This document shows, in pieces, positions 60,258 to 64,000 of a DNA stretch of 64,000 nucleotides. Made by a program: the position numbers and the translations under genes. Numbering within the stretch: the stretch's first letter is position 1; each line of letters opens with the position of its first letter. The stretch comes from Myxococcota bacterium (GTDB lineage Bacteria; Myxococcota_A; SURF-8; G963663525): assembly GCA_963676915.2 (NCBI GenBank), contig CAXXVK010000012.1:66536-130535 (forward strand), given 5' to 3'. Under the pieces are notes generated by a model. It was not told where the DNA came from and did not search any database. It saw only the letters and a program-made list of their open reading frames with translations.

Positions 60258-61331
60258 ATGACATTTCACAAGATTTTTTCGATCCCGATTATTACGGTAA
60301 TTGGTCTGGTTTTCTTCATTTCACCGGCACATGCCTGGATGGTACTGCACGGCTTTACCGATCCCTGCCATGAAACGATGGCTTTGCAGTCCTACGATTT
60401 TGTTTTGCGTGGCATGGACCTTCAAGACGTTCATCTGCCAAAGGATGCCGTCAGTCGAAAAATTTTTAAAACCATCGGGAAGGAACTGGACATCGAATGC
60501 TCCGACGATATCCACCTGTTCAACGTAGGAAGCATGATCTTAGGGGTTCGGCAACCTGACACTGATGGGCATTTCGATGCTCGATTTCAACCGGGCCAGA
60601 GCCATGCACATGGCAGAAGATACACAATCGAACCACGGCCTTCGAACCCGCTACGACGACGGAGAAGAAGGAAAATAAAATGGCGATCCTCGCCACGAGG
60701 CGGAAAATCGAGAAAATGCTTGAAAAAGCGAGGTTTTACGCCACGGGTCCACTTACCGAACGCTACATTCGGGTCAGCCATCCTATCGAATACTACGGAG
60801 ACATCAAGATCACTGTGTATTGCTCCGGCCTATTATCTGGGAATCGCCATGCATACGTTCCAGGATACCTTTTCCCACATGATCCGTAGCGACGACGTAC
60901 GCGAAATCCACCACGTCATGAATTACATCGACGCTTCCACCGTGGGTCACGACGAAAAACGCGACGGACTGGCACATTCTCTCACGATGGATGACTGCTT
61001 CGGAGCGGCCGCCGAAATCGCGGAAACGGCGACCATTGCCACCAGCGAGCTGATGCGTGCGTTTATCGCCGATATCAGAGTCTACAAAGGAGAAGCCACC
61101 GATCAGGTACTGGATGACTGGCTCCAACTCAAACCGGGTTGCACGATGGAAAACAACTACTGCGATTCCCGCTGGCTTGAAATGGCCCGACGGGAACAAA
61201 CCGAACCTCTGTTCGAAGAAGCTTTTGACTGTTCCATGCACGGAAACTCAAAACTTCCCGTTTTCCCCATGGGTTTTAGGAATGATTCTACTGGGTTTGA
61301 GAAGAAAGTGGTCCCGTCGGCGATGGAGTAA
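60258..61331 (+). CDS. Secreted zinc phospholipase C/P1-nuclease-like protein with probable MYXO-CTERM-like tail; frameshifted
   Basis: Signal AHA then N-terminal W..H; GIAMHTFQDTFSH; the middle and the tail (PWVLGMILLGLRRK) read better in alternative frames. Confidence 0.55.
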   Translation: MTFHKIFSIPIITVIGLVFFISPAHAWMVLHGFTDPCHETMALQSYDFVLRGMDLQDVHLPKDAVSRKIFKTIGKELDIECSDDIHLFNVGSMILGVRQPDTDGHFDARFQPGQSHAHGRRYTIEPRPSNPLRRRRRRKIKWRSSPRGGKSRKCLKKRGFTPRVHLPNATFGSAILSNTTETSRSLCIAPAYYLGIAMHTFQDTFSHMIRSDDVREIHHVMNYIDASTVGHDEKRDGLAHSLTMDDCFGAAAEIAETATIATSELMRAFIADIRVYKGEATDQVLDDWLQLKPGCTMENNYCDSRWLEMARREQTEPLFEEAFDCSMHGNSKLPVFPMGFRNDSTGFEKKVVPSAME

Positions 61332-62063
61332 AAATCGGATTTCAGCTTCAACGTTGACGTTTTGGCTTGTTGTGTTCGCCTTTGGATCGATTGCAACGCC
61401 CCTTCACGCCGAAGACAACGATTCACTTCGAAAAGAAACAAACGAAAACGCTTCAGAACCATCGAAACTACCCATCGTCACTAAAAAGGAAGTCAATCAA
61501 GATTCTTCCGAGAAACAACCCACAGAAAAACGAACTGCATCTGTCCCCCCTATCCTGGTCACCAGCAACGTTTCGTACATTTACCCATAGCTTTTATTTG
61601 CTTCCGGAAGTCCATGGGTCGATTTTCAACGACGCCAAGGACGACCGTACGAGCATCGGCGACACCTTCGGCTATGCATTGAAGGCAGGATATCGCTGGA
61701 CCTTGTTGGGAGTATTTTTACAGGTCGAACAGAACTTCTGGACATCCACAGAGTTGGACCGGAGCATCAACCAGGGAGCGTTGAATGTCGGGTTGGGTGT
61801 CGAACCTCAACTAATCTACACGGCTACGTTCGAAGTTCGCTGGCCATGGGATCTTCTACATTGCTATTTGACACAATGATCGACGAAGCAGGTGAAACCG
61901 GCGTGTTCCTGGATTTCCGACCGTTGGCGCTCCGATGGCCGATGACCGACTTTTTCGCCCTCGTACTGGACCCTTGAGTTCGCTCTGTCGTTCGGTGCTC
62001 GACGGTTTTCCGTTGGTGATGATGGAATACCGGACGGTGTTCGCCAACGAGTTCAACTTTTAA
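61322..62063 (+). CDS. Probable outer-membrane beta-barrel-like protein; frameshifted, start approximate
   Basis: Signal-like FWLVVFAFGSIATPLHA; amphipathic strands FGYALKAGYRW, ALNVGLGVE; a frame ending ..YRTVFANEFNF* (terminal Phe) at 62063. Confidence 0.45.
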
Positions 62064-62066
62064 CCA

Positions 62067-62546
62067 ATGAACGCAATGTTGCCTAATCTATACCCATTTT
62101 TCATCATTCTACTCGCAGGATGGCTCTTTGCCTGCGGGGATCAGTACAAGAATCCGATTGCTAAAGAATGTAAGGAATTATGCGAAGTTGGAACCGCTTG
62201 CCTTGAAGGAGAGGAGTTCGATATCGACCAATGCCGCACCTACTGCGGAATCGAGCAGTGGGATTATCTTTGCCTGGGTTGCCGTTTAATCGAAGACTGC
62301 GAAGAAATGGAGCAGTGTATCTTCAAATACTGCGACATGCGGCCCATGATCGATCAATGTGAACTGCTTTGTCAACGAGCAGAAGAATGCCTGGACGAAT
62401 ACCTCGACGTTGAAAACTGCATCGAAGACTGTGCGACCGACAAGGACAAATACGCCTGTCTCGATTGCCTGAATCAAAACACCTGTACTAATTTTCTGAC
62501 TTGTGGTGAAAAACATTGTGATAACGACTGGTTACAATTTTGGTAG
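62067..62546 (+). CDS. Small lipoprotein with two 10-Cys repeats
   Basis: Lipobox LFAC; Cys spacing 3,5,10,3,8,2,5,5,4 then 3,5,9,3,8,2,5,5,4. Confidence 0.8.
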   Translation: MNAMLPNLYPFFIILLAGWLFACGDQYKNPIAKECKELCEVGTACLEGEEFDIDQCRTYCGIEQWDYLCLGCRLIEDCEEMEQCIFKYCDMRPMIDQCELLCQRAEECLDEYLDVENCIEDCATDKDKYACLDCLNQNTCTNFLTCGEKHCDNDWLQFW

Positions 62547-62708
62547 AAGCCATCCTAAAAATAGCGACCGAGGATTTCGAGGTAATTTCGAGACGGATTC
62601 GTTGTTGGCGAGACGAGGAATACCGGGAGTCTTTCAAGTCGAGACCAGCGACGAAGTCGTCCGAAAGGGGCCGAAAGGCGACAGGAGGTATTTTTAGGAT
62701 GGCTTCTA
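62544..62708 (+). mobile_element. MITE-like element, copy 4 (165 bp, perfect 20-bp TIR)
   Basis: TAGAAGCCATCCTAAAAATA / TATTTTTAGGATGGCTTCTA; overlaps the upstream stop codon. Confidence 0.92.
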
Positions 62709-62713
62709 GTCTC

Positions 62714-64000
62714 ATGAAATTTTTGAATTTCATCGTGATAACCTGCTTGATTCTTTCAGGAGCGATTTCCTGCGCCGACCCGATCCACCCGGCAAAGATC
62801 AGTAATATCCGTTGCGAAGACAACGATTGCCGCTTGCTGGGAACCATCACCGAGGACACGTTGCTGACCGCCGATAAAAACTGGCTGATCAAGGGATCGG
62901 TTTTCATCGGGAGCACGAATTTTCCCACCGTTCTGACTATCGAAGCAGGAACCGTGATCAAAGGGGATACCGCCACCAATTCGGTGTTGGTGATTTCAAT
63001 GGGTTCGAAAATCATTGCCGAAGGAACAGTAGAGAAACCGATCGTCTTCACGTCTGCCGCACCTGTCGGTCAACGTGTCGCCGGAGATTGGGGAGGGGTG
63101 GTAATCAACGGCAAAGCTCGACAAAACCAGTGCATCGTTTCGGAAGAACCCTGCATGAACATGGGAGCAGGACTGACCTGGGATTACGGAGGAGAAGACG
63201 ACGAAGACGACAGCGGCCTGCTGCGCTACGTTCGAATCGAATTCGCCGGACGGCATATTTCCTATTATAACGAACTCGACGGCCTGACTCTTCACGCCGT
63301 CGGCTCCGGCACGACCATCGACCACGTCCAGATTCATCATAGCGAGGACGACGGCATCGCGTTTTTCGGCGGAACCGTCAACGTCAGCCATATTCTCGTA
63401 ACGGGGGCATTGGACGATGGCTTCGACTGGACGGACGGCTGGAGAGGAAAAGCACAGTTCATCGTCGTTCAGCAGCATTCGGGACGCTCCGACAACGGTC
63501 TGGAAGCGGACAACTCCCAGGACTCTCCCGAGAGCGAGCCCCGTTCAGCACCGGTTCTCGCCAACATGACCCTTATCGGCGCTCCCGGTTCGGGGGAAGA
63601 ATCCGACATAGGTTTCCTATTTCGCGGTGGCACTTCCGTGCAGTTGTATTCCAGCGTAGCAACAGGATTCAACGAAGCCTGCATGGATGTCGATGATATC
63701 GAAACTTTCGACCTCGCCCAGAACGACCCGGAAGCCTTCACCGTCACGGCAACAGTGCTCGATTGCGAGCAAAACATACTGGAAAACGACCAGTACGACG
63801 AAGAAGAACAGCCGTGGAAGATCCCTGGAGCGTTGCAGACTTCTACGAAGAAGGTGAAAACAACAATCTTTACGAACCGTTGTTAACGTATCCATACAAC
63901 ACGGTCTCCCCGGATTTCCGCCCGACAGCCTCCTCGCCTCTCATTTCCGGCGCAATCCTCCCCGATGACACCTTTTTCGAAACAGTCGAGTTCATTGGGG
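62714..64000 (+). CDS. Beta-helix-type lipoprotein; apparent frameshift(s) after about 63820, probably runs off the window end
   Basis: Lipobox AISC; LTIEAGTVIKG, GSKIIAEGTVEKPIVFTS, GDWGGVVING, SGLLRYVRIEFAG, DDGIAFFGGTVN, DDGFDWTDGW, DNGLEAD; DFRPTASSPL continues in another frame. Confidence 0.8.

Noticed and set aside
62540-62713. N-terminal extension of ORF 62540..63886 (also ORFs 11595..11951, 14007..14198 and 14057..14299)
   Set aside because: Translations of MITE sequence; the lipoprotein signal begins at 62714.

Overview
Bacterial DNA, roughly balanced GC by eye, densely coding. Gene content points to a Myxococcota/deltaproteobacterial-type organism, probably anaerobic and from a saline habitat (inference): acidic Cys-rich lipoproteins, an FrzS/AglZ-like receiver-coiled-coil protein, an FHA-GAF-sigma54 activator and a DsrMK-like module. 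No rRNA, tRNA, CRISPR array, transposase or phage genes were recognised. Highlights: (1) four copies of a 165-166 bp non-autonomous element with 20-bp terminal inverted repeats, TA ends and a strand-specific hairpin that stays paired across copies; one copy splits a small membrane-protein gene and two sit in stop codons. (2) A sigma54-promoted operon: small Cys protein, response regulator, DsrM-like, DsrK-like, response regulator, Cys-PAS kinase, and an activator with a degenerate ArsC-like domain; no dsrAB or dsrC in the window. (3) An expanded beta-lysine osmolyte operon: MerR/HspR-like regulator, Na+ symporter, AblB, tandem GNAT, PLP racemase, KamA/AblA. (4) A sigma54-promoted Kazal/antistasin lipoprotein divergent from the FHA activator. 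(5) A compact three-way-junction leader upstream of a CDF metal exporter. Genes beyond about 57.4 kb, and the transketolase N-subunit, carry single-base frameshifts that are probably sequencing errors. All protein calls are motif recognition by eye; no database searches were run.
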